Shown here: positions 18,382 to 28,395 of the stretch, one piece after another
How the letters are laid out: the number at the start of each line of letters is the position of its first letter
How positions within the stretch are numbered: the stretch's first letter is position 1
Assembly: GCA_022566215.1 (NCBI GenBank)
Contig: JADFJJ010000006.1
Location: 1-61,326 of the forward strand
Direction: 5' to 3'
From: Pseudomonadota bacterium
GTDB taxonomy: Bacteria > Pseudomonadota > Alphaproteobacteria > Sphingomonadales > SMXR01
Length of the DNA: 61,326 nucleotides
Notes under the pieces: model-generated
What the model saw: the letters and a program-made list of their open reading frames with translations, nothing else
The model's database searches: none
Told to the model about the DNA's origin: nothing
Translations under genes and position numbers: made by a program

Positions 18382-18924
18382 ATGAAACTGCCCATCCTTT
18401 TGCGGAAAATCCACCATTGGGGGTCGATCGTGATTGCGATCCCCCTGGTGGTCATGATCGGCGCCGGGATTTTCCTGCAATTAAAAAAGGAGATTGACTG
18501 GATCCAGCCGCCGAGCCGGACGGGGGTGGTCACCAACCAGGTTCCGCCAACCACGGTGGCGGAGCTTTTTGAGGCTGCGGCGGGGGTTCCCGAGGCCGGA
18601 ATCAACACCTGGAGCGACCTGGACCGGGTCGATTTCAAGCCTGACAGGGGAATTATAAAATTCATTTCGAAAAGCCGCTGGGAGGTCCAGGTGGACACCA
18701 CAACGGTCGAGGTGTTGCAGGTTTCCTACCGCCGGTCTGATCTGATTGAAAGTATTCACGACGGCTCGTTCTTCGCCGGGGAGGCGACCAAGCTTTATCT
18801 GTTCCTGCCGGCCGGTATCGCCCTGTTTGTTCTATGGCTGACCGGCCTATATATGTTTTTCCTGCCCTATTTTAAAAAAGCACAGAAAAAAAATAAGAAA
18901 AATAAGAAAAAGGCCAGAGTTTAA
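18382..18924 (+). CDS. PepSY-associated TM helix domain protein
   Basis: RKIHHWGS N-terminal TM helix; LIESIHDGSFF; C-terminal LWLTGLY TM helix. Confidence 0.85.
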   Translation: MKLPILLRKIHHWGSIVIAIPLVVMIGAGIFLQLKKEIDWIQPPSRTGVVTNQVPPTTVAELFEAAAGVPEAGINTWSDLDRVDFKPDRGIIKFISKSRWEVQVDTTTVEVLQVSYRRSDLIESIHDGSFFAGEATKLYLFLPAGIALFVLWLTGLYMFFLPYFKKAQKKNKKNKKKARV

Positions 18925-19364
18925 AGGATGGTCATGTTGGATTCGGCTGATATTGTGATGCCGGATACCGCCGCCGGAAAAAATCCTGAAACGAAGAATT
19001 GGAAATTATAGTTTATTTCCACCTCGATATTGCTTCCGGAAAAAGCGCTGGGGTTAAAAATGACGGTGACTGTCAATTCGTTTAAATCCATCCCCGTTGC
19101 CCGCCCCCTGACGTATGTGACCACTGCATCGGTGGTGGTGCTGGTCGGGCTTTCCGCTCCGCGGACACTGCCATAGCGCGCCCCCTCTGACGCCAGATGG
19201 TTAATAGTGGTCAGGACAAACAGCCCCCGGCCAATATCAAAAATCATCAGGGTTACGACAATCAGGATCGGAAAACTTAGGGCAAATTCTATCGCCGCAT
19301 TACCCCTGGCTTCACCCAAAGCGGCAAAAATCCTGATCCTTGATAAACGCTTTAATCCGGGCAT
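18921..19364 (-). CDS. tadE: TadE/TadG family minor pilin
   Basis: Prepilin motif RG-NAAIEFALSFP; ASEGARYG. Confidence 0.85.
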   Translation of the reverse strand: MPGLKRLSRIRIFAALGEARGNAAIEFALSFPILIVVTLMIFDIGRGLFVLTTINHLASEGARYGSVRGAESPTSTTTDAVVTYVRGRATGMDLNELTVTVIFNPSAFSGSNIEVEINYNFQFFVSGFFPAAVSGITISAESNMTIL

Positions 19365-19368
19365 CGTC

Positions 19369-19833
19369 TCACCTGATCCGCATGTTGGCTGAGCCGGAGA
19401 TGGTAAACGAACCAAAAACCACAGGTAAATTAAACAGGAATATAAACGGTTTGGTGACCGTTACACTGACATACATCAGGCTAATCGATCCATTGGAGCA
19501 GATATCACTGCAATTGTTGCCAGTGCCGTTCGGGCACTCACAAAACGTGGTTACGGTCACCGTTATCAAATCCGCTTCATCACCGGCCGCCTCCCTGGTC
19601 TCGGATATAATGGTAGCCGTATCCTGGGCATTCGGCTGGCCCAGAAGCGCATACTGGGCGCCCGAACGGGCCACCTGTTCCAGTTCATGGGTTTCTATCG
19701 CCATGCGGCTGATGTCGTACCCGCCCAGCATCAAAAGAATAAAGACCGACATTATGAGGGCCAGTTCAACGACCACGCTGCCGGACCGGTCCCGGACCAG
19801 CCCAAGAATGTAATTTTGCAAACGGTTTTTCAT
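19369..19833 (-). CDS. tadE: TadE/TadG family minor pilin
   Basis: SG-SVVVELAL prepilin motif; ARSGAQYA; CECPNG...C...C. Confidence 0.85.
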   Translation of the reverse strand: MKNRLQNYILGLVRDRSGSVVVELALIMSVFILLMLGGYDISRMAIETHELEQVARSGAQYALLGQPNAQDTATIISETREAAGDEADLITVTVTTFCECPNGTGNNCSDICSNGSISLMYVSVTVTKPFIFLFNLPVVFGSFTISGSANMRIR

Positions 19834-19838
19834 AATGC

Positions 19839-21119
19839 TTATTCCACCAGTCTCGATTTGATCAGGAACGGGTTAAAGGTTATCAGATTGCCCTCCGGGT
19901 CGGTATTGGACATGAAACTGTTCCCGGTAAATGTTATGGTATCGGCAATAATAAAGGTGTTGGCATCCACAGAAGAACTGCCGCCGGTATAGGAAATATC
20001 CCCGTTGGGGGCATATATAATGCCATCAATATCCATGGAGGAGCCGCCGGTAAAGCCATGATTGACACCACTTTCATTTCTTGATTCAAAAAAGAATATC
20101 CCCTGATACACACCGCTGTCAGGGGCAGTAAAAGTAACACTGGCGCCGCCTGAAATATCAAAGTTGTTGGCAGTGCTGCTGGTGTTCACCATATAGAACA
20201 TGACATTGTCGCCGACAACGGTGGCCTGGGCGCCAATATGAAGCCCGGCGCCGTCCAGGATATAAATCCCCGGTTCAAATGTCACCGTGCCATTTGTCGT
20301 AATATTGATGTCGTTGCAATAAACCCCGGGCGATAAGGTTGCATCATTGTGGCCGCTGATCTGCGTTCTGCTGGTGAAATCACAACCGGAAACCTCGGGC
20401 TCCGGCATTGAACCCAGAGGATCCGCCTGGGACACCTTGACCACCGGAGCGGGGGAGATACAGTTTCCCGATACCCCGCCGGCAGCAGAAATCATGGTGG
20501 CGGTCAGGCAGGCCGCGCCATTTATCGTGATTGCGCTGGAATCACTGGAATTGGCGATAACTCCGCAACCCAAAATAACATCCGCTGTGCCGGTCACGGT
20601 TATGGTGCCTGATTCACTCGGGTTGAGGGCATAAAGGCAGCCTTCGCCAATCCCGGCGGTAGCGACCGCCCGGGAAGCGGCGGTTTTATCGGAAGTAGTC
20701 AGAAGCGCGGACAGGATCAGCGGCAGCGGGGTGGTGACAATCGCTTCTACGGCCATTTCATTCCCGAGCTCAGCGCCACTTAAGGGTGGACAATTAATGG
20801 TCAGGGTTTGGCCGAGGCCGGTATCGAAATTGTTTCTCTCAGCGGCTTCTTTTGCAGCATTAAAAATGCTTGGGCCGGACGAGCAATTGTCCGGGTCGCC
20901 GCTTTCTTCCTCGACGTTTCGGAAATGCTCCAGTGCTCCCGCAACCGCGGCAGAATCCGCCATGGTCTGGGTACGGCGCTTGTCGATATGCCACGAGGCA
21001 ATATCAAGTCCAAGCGCAATAAAACCGATGAAAACCGGCAGTAAAATGGCGGTATAGGCCAGGACAGCCCCGTCCTGCCGCTTCACGAACTTCCTGAAAA
21101 ATCCAATCATCTCAATCAC
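19839..21119 (-). CDS. tadG: TadG-like pilus assembly protein
   Basis: DG-AVLAYTA, ALGLD and QTMADSAAVAGA motifs; Gly/Ser/Thr-rich C-terminal domain; start may be the ATG at 21110. Confidence 0.85.
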   Translation of the reverse strand: MIEMIGFFRKFVKRQDGAVLAYTAILLPVFIGFIALGLDIASWHIDKRRTQTMADSAAVAGALEHFRNVEEESGDPDNCSSGPSIFNAAKEAAERNNFDTGLGQTLTINCPPLSGAELGNEMAVEAIVTTPLPLILSALLTTSDKTAASRAVATAGIGEGCLYALNPSESGTITVTGTADVILGCGVIANSSDSSAITINGAACLTATMISAAGGVSGNCISPAPVVKVSQADPLGSMPEPEVSGCDFTSRTQISGHNDATLSPGVYCNDINITTNGTVTFEPGIYILDGAGLHIGAQATVVGDNVMFYMVNTSSTANNFDISGGASVTFTAPDSGVYQGIFFFESRNESGVNHGFTGGSSMDIDGIIYAPNGDISYTGGSSSVDANTFIIADTITFTGNSFMSNTDPEGNLITFNPFLIKSRLVE

Positions 21120-21169
21120 CCGTATGTTATTAGCAACAATTCCTCGCGCTTAAGGATAAGTAAAACAAG

Positions 21170-21196
21170 TTAAATAACTTCTAACAAATGGTTAAC
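21170..21196. promoter_or_regulatory. Putative CtrA binding site(s) upstream of tadG
   Basis: TTAA-N7-CTAA-N7-TTAAC, half-sites at 11-bp period. Confidence 0.6.
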
Positions 21197-21274
21197 AGGT
21201 CCGGGAAAAACCAGGCATTGAAGGGTATTATGCCTGAAACAGGGCAAAATTTCAAAATAATCTTTCATTTTCCC

Positions 21275-22735
21275 CTAAAGATAGGGACTAAACAGCCAAA
21301 ACCAGCCGTAGGCGGCGCGCTTTATCCGAGGCATAGCCTTGATTTTTTCAAGCGTAATATGCTCTGATTTTTCTATCCTTTTCTTGACCATCCTTGTCAG
21401 GCGCCCAGCCAGGGCGGGGTTAAAAACCTCAACGTTAAATTCGAAATTCAGGCGAAAACTCCGGGGATCCCAGTTGGTTGATCCCAACAACAGCCAGCGA
21501 TCATCAACAATCAGGATTTTGCTGTGGTCAAAGGGCGGAGGGGAATGATAAATATTGCACCCCCCTTCCAGAACCTGTCCGTATTGCGCCTTGGACGCCC
21601 ACTGGACATATTTTAGATTATTCTTCTCGGGCAGCAGGATATCCACCCTGACCCCTCTGAGCGCGGCATGGTTCAGGGCCGAGACCAGTACCCGGTCGGG
21701 CAGAAAATATGGGGTCATGATGGTAACTGACTTTTGCGCCATACCGAGCGCGCTGAAAACCGCCCAGCGGGTTTTCTTGGCATCCTCGTCAGGACCATCA
21801 GCAATGCCCCGGGCATAGGCATTGCCCTGGTTGCGCTCTACCGGGATTTTTGGCAGCCAGGTTTTTTCATCCAGTATTTCGTCCGTGGCAAAGGCCCAAT
21901 CCGTGACAAACACCTCGGCAAGCTGGGTGGTAATGGGGCCGCTCAGCTGGAAGTGCAGGTCTTTAATCACCTTTTTCTGGTCGCCATGCTGAAAATTGCC
22001 CTGGCGGATATTCATTCCGCCGGTAAAAGCCAGCTTGCCATCAACAATCAGGATTTTGCGGTGGTTTCTCAAGTTGAGGTAAGCCATGCGCCAGGGGGAC
22101 AGGCTCCTGTTAAAGCGGGCGACCGGAACTCCCCGTTTTTTCAAAACCTTGATAATAGAGGGCCGGTAATAGAGGGCGCCAACGGTATCCACCAGCACCC
22201 GGACCTCAACCCCCCGCTTCACCGCCGCCTCCAGCGTATCGGCGAACATTTTTCCGGCCTGGTCATAATCAAAGATAAAGGTTTGCAGACCAACTGATTT
22301 TTTGGCGCCCGCTATCGCCTTGAGCATGGCGGAGAAAGCCTGTTCCCCGTTCAACAGGAAGTCCAGGGTGTTCCCGGGAACCAACGGGAAGTCATTGATG
22401 GCGTCCATTAACCTGATGTGGGACCTGATTTCAGGCCGCTTGAGGAGGGTTGAGGAAAGCGCTGTGCTGGTTTTCCCCCTTTTTCCGGCTGAGGCGGTTT
22501 TGGCTTTGCCGGCCCGGATCCTGGCGGCCTTTCTTTCAATCCGGTTGACCCCGAACAACAGGTAAAACAATGTGCCGAAATAGGGCGCCAGCCAGACCAC
22601 TCCGGACCAGCCGATCGCCGCCCGGACATCGCGTTTGGTGGTGACAATGTGGCTGAAGGCCAAAAAGGAAATGACCAGGGACAGGACAATCAGGATCAGC
22701 CAATAAAATTCCAGAATGGTTTCGATAAACTCCAC
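21275..22735 (-). CDS. cls: Cardiolipin synthase
   Basis: Two HKD motifs (NHRKILIVDG, DHSKILIVDD); N-terminal TM helices. Confidence 0.93.
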   Translation of the reverse strand: MEFIETILEFYWLILIVLSLVISFLAFSHIVTTKRDVRAAIGWSGVVWLAPYFGTLFYLLFGVNRIERKAARIRAGKAKTASAGKRGKTSTALSSTLLKRPEIRSHIRLMDAINDFPLVPGNTLDFLLNGEQAFSAMLKAIAGAKKSVGLQTFIFDYDQAGKMFADTLEAAVKRGVEVRVLVDTVGALYYRPSIIKVLKKRGVPVARFNRSLSPWRMAYLNLRNHRKILIVDGKLAFTGGMNIRQGNFQHGDQKKVIKDLHFQLSGPITTQLAEVFVTDWAFATDEILDEKTWLPKIPVERNQGNAYARGIADGPDEDAKKTRWAVFSALGMAQKSVTIMTPYFLPDRVLVSALNHAALRGVRVDILLPEKNNLKYVQWASKAQYGQVLEGGCNIYHSPPPFDHSKILIVDDRWLLLGSTNWDPRSFRLNFEFNVEVFNPALAGRLTRMVKKRIEKSEHITLEKIKAMPRIKRAAYGWFWLFSPYL

Positions 22736-22833
22736 GCCGCCTCCTCGATTATTTTGTAAAGATAGCTTTTAATGCCATACTTTAGGCCATAAACTTGCCC
22801 GTGAAAAAATATTTATCAAGGGGTTTTAGCGCC

Positions 22834-23580
22834 ATGGCGGTAAATAAAGGTAAATCGGTGGCTTTGTTCGCCACCTGCCTGGTGGATTTGTGGCGTCCAG
22901 CGGTCGCCCGGGCGGCTGAACGCCTGCTGATAAAAGCCGGATTTAAGGTCGCGGTTCCAAGCGGCCAAACCTGTTGCGGCCAGGTCAATTACAACAGCGG
23001 GGATCAAAAAGGCGCCCGGAAACTGGCGCGCCGTCATATTATGCTTTTGGTGCCATTTGATTATGTGGTGGTGCCTTCCGGTTCGTGCGCGGACATGATC
23101 AAAAACCATTACCCCGCTCTCTTTGGCAACGATCTGGATGTGCAAAAGACGGCTCAAGTCCTTTCCGGCAAAACCTATGAGTTGACGGAATTCCTGGTTA
23201 GAATCGCCAGGTGGAAACCGTCCAGGGCCGGAGGGGTAAAAAGGAAACTGGTCTATCACGATTCCTGTTCGTGCCAGCGGAGTTTAAGGATTTACAAGGA
23301 GCCACGGCTGCTGCTGGAGGCGCAGGGAAAATATGACCTTCAGGCGCTCACCGGCGAAGACCGGTGCTGTGGCTTCGGCGGTCTTTTCTCCGTTAAATAC
23401 GGTGAAGTTTCCTCCCACATGGCGGGCAAGAAAACCGCCGCCATCGCAGCAACAGAAGCAGAAATTCTGACCGGCGCCGATCTTGGCTGCCTTTTGAACC
23501 TTTCCGGCAAGCTGAAAGCCGAAGGCTCTGCTTGCGAAGTCCGGCACATCGCGGAAATTTTGGCGGAGGAAGAGGCATGA
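22834..23580 (+). CDS. lutA: Lactate utilization Fe-S protein A (LutA/LldE)
   Basis: ATCLVD, QTCCGQ, YHDSCS and CCGFGGLFS CCG motifs. Confidence 0.9.
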   Translation: MAVNKGKSVALFATCLVDLWRPAVARAAERLLIKAGFKVAVPSGQTCCGQVNYNSGDQKGARKLARRHIMLLVPFDYVVVPSGSCADMIKNHYPALFGNDLDVQKTAQVLSGKTYELTEFLVRIARWKPSRAGGVKRKLVYHDSCSCQRSLRIYKEPRLLLEAQGKYDLQALTGEDRCCGFGGLFSVKYGEVSSHMAGKKTAAIAATEAEILTGADLGCLLNLSGKLKAEGSACEVRHIAEILAEEEA

Positions 23581-24974
23581 GCGAAACCCCGCTGGATTTT
23601 GAAAAGGGCGCCCACGAAGCCTTGGGGTCCGCCACCCTGCAGCAGGCGCTGGGCAAGTTCCAGACGGGATATCCGCTGTTGCGGGCGCGGGCGATGCAGT
23701 CCCTGCCCGACTTTGAGAAGGTGCGCACCAAAGCCGCAAGGATCAAGGACTTTTCACTCAAAAACCTGGACAAACTGACCGACCAGTACCGGGAAAAGGT
23801 CGAAGCCAATGGCGGCACTGTTCACATCTGCGAAACAGCAGCGGACGCCCGTAAAACCGTGGTGGAGATTTGCCGTCAGGCGGAGGCCAAAAAAATCACC
23901 AAATCAAAATCGATGGTGACCGAGGAACTGGCCCTCAATGACGCCCTTGAGGCTGCCGGGATGGAGGTTCTTGAGACCGATCTTGGCGAATATATCATCC
24001 AACTGGCGGGGGAACGGCCCAGCCATATTGTTGGCCCGGCGCTGCATAAAACCAAGGAAGAAGTGGCCCAGCTTTTCAAGGCTCATCACAAAACCAGGCG
24101 CAAGCGGGAAACCGGCGAGCAGCTGGTGCGCGAGGCGCGGGAGGTTCTGCGCGAGAAATACTTCGCCTCGGAGGTCGGCATAACCGGGGCCAATTTCCTG
24201 ATCGCCGAGACCGGCACGGCGGTGATCGTCACCAACGAGGGGAATGCGGATCTGTGCCGCATTCTGCCCAACACCCACATCGTCGTCACCAGCATGGAAA
24301 AGGTGATCCCGACGCTGGATGATTTATCGGTATTCCTGCGGCTGCTGGCCCGTTCCGCCTCGGGCCAGGAGATGACCTCTTACACCACCCTGGTCAGCGG
24401 GCCGCGGGGGCCGGGCGAGAGCGAAGGGCCGTCCAGCTTTCATGTCGTGATCGTAGATGGCGGGCGCAGCAAACTTTTGGGCACCGACCAGCAGGCGCTG
24501 CTGCGCTGCATCAAATGCGGCGCGTGTATGAACGTCTGCCCGGTCTATATGTCGGTCGGCGGCCACACCTACGGCTGGGTTTATCCGGGGCCGATCGGGG
24601 CGGTGTTGAACCCGGTGCTGAACGGCTTTGGAACGATGTATCACAATTACCAGGCCTCGACCTTTTGCGGGGCCTGTGAAGAGGTGTGTCCGGTCAAAAT
24701 TCCATTGACAAAAATCATGCGCGACTGGCGTACCCGGGCCTTCCAGGAACGTATTCCGGGCCTCGGCGCGCGGCTGGCCTTGTGGCTGTGGGCGGCAATC
24801 GCCGCCAACCCGTTCCTCTATAACCTGGCGGCGGGAGCCGGGATTCCAATCCTCAGGGCGCTGGCGGGCAAAAAAGGCGTTTTGAAATCCCTTCCCCTGG
24901 CCAAAGGGTGGATGAAGGGCCGGGTGCTTGATGCCCCCGAAGGGGGGCGTTTTGTCAGGGGCAGGAAGCGATGA
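23577..24974 (+). CDS. lutB: Lactate utilization Fe-S protein B (LutB/LldF)
   Basis: KSKSMVTEE, ETDLGEYIIQL, CIKCGACMNVCP and CGACEEVCPV motifs; ATGA overlap. Confidence 0.92.
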   Translation: MSETPLDFEKGAHEALGSATLQQALGKFQTGYPLLRARAMQSLPDFEKVRTKAARIKDFSLKNLDKLTDQYREKVEANGGTVHICETAADARKTVVEICRQAEAKKITKSKSMVTEELALNDALEAAGMEVLETDLGEYIIQLAGERPSHIVGPALHKTKEEVAQLFKAHHKTRRKRETGEQLVREAREVLREKYFASEVGITGANFLIAETGTAVIVTNEGNADLCRILPNTHIVVTSMEKVIPTLDDLSVFLRLLARSASGQEMTSYTTLVSGPRGPGESEGPSSFHVVIVDGGRSKLLGTDQQALLRCIKCGACMNVCPVYMSVGGHTYGWVYPGPIGAVLNPVLNGFGTMYHNYQASTFCGACEEVCPVKIPLTKIMRDWRTRAFQERIPGLGARLALWLWAAIAANPFLYNLAAGAGIPILRALAGKKGVLKSLPLAKGWMKGRVLDAPEGGRFVRGRKR

Positions 24975-25486
24975 AAACGCGCGCTGAGACCTTCGCCTGG
25001 AATGTCAAGAATCAACTCGGGAAGGTACACCGGGTAGCTTCGCTTGAAAAAGTGCCGGCGCTGGTGCGGCGGCTGGCCGAGCAATTGGGGCTGGAACCAA
25101 AAGCAGTCGTCGCTGCGGCCTCCGACCTGAAAGATCTCAACTGGAAAGGGCTGGAAGTTGAGCACCGTCCGGCGGGAATCGAGGATGTTCTGGGAATCTC
25201 ACGGGCAATGGCGGGAATTGCCGAAACCGGCACGCTGGTTTTCGCCTCGGGGAAATCCAACCCGCCGTCGCTTAATTTCATTCCTGAATACAGCATCGCC
25301 ATTGTCCGCGAGAGTGAGCTGGTTGATACCTCCGAGGAGGTTTGGGTCATCCTCAGGGAAAAGCAGCCGTTTCCCGCCACCATCAATATGGTCACGGGCC
25401 CGTCGCGCACCGGCGACATCGAGCAAACCTTGTTTCTCGGCGCTCATGGGCCGCGTGAGCTGCATGTGGTTATGGTAAAATCCTAA
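24971..25486 (+). CDS. lutC: Lactate utilization protein C (LutC/LldG)
   Basis: AETGTL and TGPSRTGDIEQTLFLGAHGP motifs. Confidence 0.9.
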   Translation: MKTRAETFAWNVKNQLGKVHRVASLEKVPALVRRLAEQLGLEPKAVVAAASDLKDLNWKGLEVEHRPAGIEDVLGISRAMAGIAETGTLVFASGKSNPPSLNFIPEYSIAIVRESELVDTSEEVWVILREKQPFPATINMVTGPSRTGDIEQTLFLGAHGPRELHVVMVKS

Positions 25487-26337
25487 AAGGCGTTCAAGGG
25501 CAGTTTCAGGTAAGAAAGACCGTTGTCTTCGGCTTTCGGGAAGTGGCCGGCGCGCATGTTGATCTGGACCGACGGCAGAATTAATTCCGGCATGGAAAGC
25601 GTGGCATCCCGGGTCTGGCGCATTTTGATATAATCGGCCTCGGGGGTGCCGCCGCCAACGTGGATGTTGCCTGCCTTTTGCTCGGCCACCGTGGTCACCC
25701 AGGCGGCATCGCGTTTGCCATCCGCGCCATAGTCGTGGCACATATAAAGCGTGGTCTGGTCCGGGAGGCTAAAAATTTTCCGGATCGAGGCATAAAGCGT
25801 CGCCGCGTCGCCGCCCGGAAAATCACAGCGCGCGGTGCCGCTGTCCGGCATAAGGATGGTATCGCCGACAAACGCCGCAGCGCCCACCACAAACGTCATG
25901 CAGGCCGGGGTATGACCGGGAGTGGCGATGGCCCTGATGGTCAGGCCGCCCAGCGGAAGTTCCTGGCGATCGCTCAGGTAAAGGTCAAAATCCGCTTCCT
26001 TTTGAACCTCGGCCGCATCGAGGTTGAAGATTTTGGCGAACACCCGCTGGACGCTTTTAATATTTTCGCTGATGCCAATCCGGCCGCCGAGCGTCTTGCG
26101 GAGGTATTGCGAAGCGGTAACGTGATCGGCATGGACATGAGTCTCCAGGATATAAAGGAGCTCTAACCCGTTATCTTTGATAAAAGAAATCACCTGGTCG
26201 GCTGACGCCGTACTGGTGCCCCCGGAAGCCGGATCAAAATCAAGGACGGAATCGATCACAGCGGCTTTTCCGCCATCCCAGACCACATAGGTGATGGTAA
26301 AGGTGGCGGGATCGAAAAAAGATTTTACGTTTTCCAT
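25483..26337 (-). CDS. MBL-fold persulfide dioxygenase-like hydrolase (Blh/ETHE1 type)
   Basis: ETHVHADH, TPGHTPAC, GTARCDFPGG, MCHDY and YLKLPLN motifs. Confidence 0.88.
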   Translation of the reverse strand: MENVKSFFDPATFTITYVVWDGGKAAVIDSVLDFDPASGGTSTASADQVISFIKDNGLELLYILETHVHADHVTASQYLRKTLGGRIGISENIKSVQRVFAKIFNLDAAEVQKEADFDLYLSDRQELPLGGLTIRAIATPGHTPACMTFVVGAAAFVGDTILMPDSGTARCDFPGGDAATLYASIRKIFSLPDQTTLYMCHDYGADGKRDAAWVTTVAEQKAGNIHVGGGTPEADYIKMRQTRDATLSMPELILPSVQINMRAGHFPKAEDNGLSYLKLPLNAF

Positions 26338-26358
26338 AGCCCTTCCTATCACATTTGC

Positions 26359-26982
26359 TCACAGTGGCGGGTTGGAATAAAAATGCCACAGGAAAACCGC
26401 TACCGATGCGCGGTGCGGGCGCCAGGGTTCGGCAATTTCATCCATTTTCTTCTGTTTTGGGCGCTCTTTCAAATTTTTCAATTTTTTGACCGCCTCCTGG
26501 ATCGCCAGGTCATCGGCGGGCCAGATGTCCGGCCGGCCAAGCGAAAACATCAAAAACATCTCCGCCGACCAGCGCCCGAAACCCTTTAATGCGGTGATGG
26601 TCTCGAGCACCTCCTGATCGGACTTTTTTATCAGATCCTTGGGCCTGAACCCGTCCAGAACCGCTTTAGATAATCCCCGCCCATATTCAATTTTTTGCCA
26701 GGACAAGCCAAACTCCCTCAACTCCTGATCGGATTTATCCAGAAAATTTTCCGGGATAACCTCTCCCATCGCCGCTTCCACCCGGTCATAGATGGTCGCT
26801 GCCGCTTTAACGGATAATTGCTGGCCGACAATAATGCGCAACAGGTGTTCAAAGGATGGCCCGCCCGAACGGCGCTCAACCGGATAACCCACCACCTTCA
26901 GGGCCGCACGGATATCCTTATCCTTTCTCGCCACCTTATCGAGGGCGATTTTCAAGTCCTTAGTCGTCAGCCGGAATTCCAT
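26359..26982 (-). CDS. alkA: DNA-3-methyladenine glycosylase II (AlkA/HhH-GPD family)
   Basis: IVGQQLSVKAA; HhH motif LKGFGRWSAEM; WPADD; WRPHR. Confidence 0.88.
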   Translation of the reverse strand: MEFRLTTKDLKIALDKVARKDKDIRAALKVVGYPVERRSGGPSFEHLLRIIVGQQLSVKAAATIYDRVEAAMGEVIPENFLDKSDQELREFGLSWQKIEYGRGLSKAVLDGFRPKDLIKKSDQEVLETITALKGFGRWSAEMFLMFSLGRPDIWPADDLAIQEAVKKLKNLKERPKQKKMDEIAEPWRPHRASVAVFLWHFYSNPPL

Positions 26983-26986
26983 GCCA

Positions 26987-28375
26987 TCACCTTTTGTCAA
27001 TCAATGGATAGGCGGCCCGGGTGCGCTGCAGGAAATGCCCGCCCTGCAGGGCCACCGAAACAATACTGGCGTAAAGCACCGCTTCCAGCAGCCCTAGCAC
27101 TCCTCTGCCAAGCGGGATCGCCAGATAGTAACTCAAGGGGGTCATGATAATGACATAGACAAAGGTCTGTATGCCGGTCGGGATCCAGGTCTCGCCCAGG
27201 CCCCTGAGGGCGTTCCCCAGCACCATCTGCAGGCCATCGAAAAAAATCACGTATGCGGTAAAGGCGATGAACGGGAGTGAAAACAAAATCAGCGCCGCGT
27301 CGTCGGTATAAAACGAAAATATCTCCCGATCGAACAGATAAATTACCGCCCCGGAGAGCAACAGGACCGCCACCCCCAGGCCAAACCCGGTTAGCCCCGC
27401 CAGCGCGGTATCCTTGGCATCGCCCCTCCCTTTGGCCATGCCGACGCGGATCGCCGTGGCGGCCCCCAGTCCCGCGGTGATCATGAAGGGTACGGTCATG
27501 ATGTTGAAAATCACTCCGTAAGCGGCCAGCGCCATTTTGCCGATCCACCCGGCAAAGATGGTCAGGGCGGCGAACGCCACCACCTCGACGCCAAGGCTAA
27601 GACCGGCGGCATGGCCTTTTTCCCGCTGCGCCCGCCATGAGCTCCACGCCTCTTTCCGGTAGCTGTGAAGCCGGTAGCGATGAAATGTTGGTGAGGTGAA
27701 CAGGTACAAAACGGTGGCTCCTCCCATTAAAAGCCTTAAAATCGTGGTCGCCCAGGCGGACCCCACCGCGCCCATTTCCGGGAAACCCAGCTTGCCGAAA
27801 ATCAGCACATAGTTTAGCCCGAGGTTCAGGATATTCCCAACCGTCATGATAACCACAGCCGGTTTTGGCCGGCCCAGCCCTTCGAGGAAAAATATTCCGT
27901 TCACATAAAGCAAATGGCCAACCAAACCAAAGCTCAAGACCGTCATCACCTTGCCGCCCTCGGCCGCCAGCTCTGGAGTTTGTCCGGCCAGGGTGAAGTA
28001 AAATTCACCGGGCAGCAGCAGGACCGTACAGGTCAGCCCGATCCAGATAGAATAAGGCAGCGAGCGCCGGAACACCCGCCCGCATTCGTCGTAATCCCCG
28101 GCCCCGAAAGCATGTGAGGTATGGATCAGGGTGCCCATCAGCAAGCCGATCGCCATCACCAGCACCACCATGATGAAGGTGCCGTTGCCAAGGTTGAGGT
28201 AGGCCAGGGCATCGGTCGAATAAATCCCGACCATGATGGTATCAACGATAATCAGGACAACGATGCCGAGGCGGGACAGCATCACCGGCCAGGCGAGCCG
28301 GAACAGCTCGCGGCTATGGCGCTTGAAACGCTTCCTCAACCACCCGGCGTCATGGATTTCCGCAGGCTTGTTCAT
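26987..28375 (-). CDS. MATE family efflux transporter
   Basis: LAWPVML, VDTIMVG, FGKLGFPEMGAVGSAWAT and FDGLQ motifs; about 12 TM helices. Confidence 0.92.
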   Translation of the reverse strand: MNKPAEIHDAGWLRKRFKRHSRELFRLAWPVMLSRLGIVVLIIVDTIMVGIYSTDALAYLNLGNGTFIMVVLVMAIGLLMGTLIHTSHAFGAGDYDECGRVFRRSLPYSIWIGLTCTVLLLPGEFYFTLAGQTPELAAEGGKVMTVLSFGLVGHLLYVNGIFFLEGLGRPKPAVVIMTVGNILNLGLNYVLIFGKLGFPEMGAVGSAWATTILRLLMGGATVLYLFTSPTFHRYRLHSYRKEAWSSWRAQREKGHAAGLSLGVEVVAFAALTIFAGWIGKMALAAYGVIFNIMTVPFMITAGLGAATAIRVGMAKGRGDAKDTALAGLTGFGLGVAVLLLSGAVIYLFDREIFSFYTDDAALILFSLPFIAFTAYVIFFDGLQMVLGNALRGLGETWIPTGIQTFVYVIIMTPLSYYLAIPLGRGVLGLLEAVLYASIVSVALQGGHFLQRTRAAYPLIDKR

Positions 28376-28395
28376 ATCCAGGGTCTGTCCTTGTA

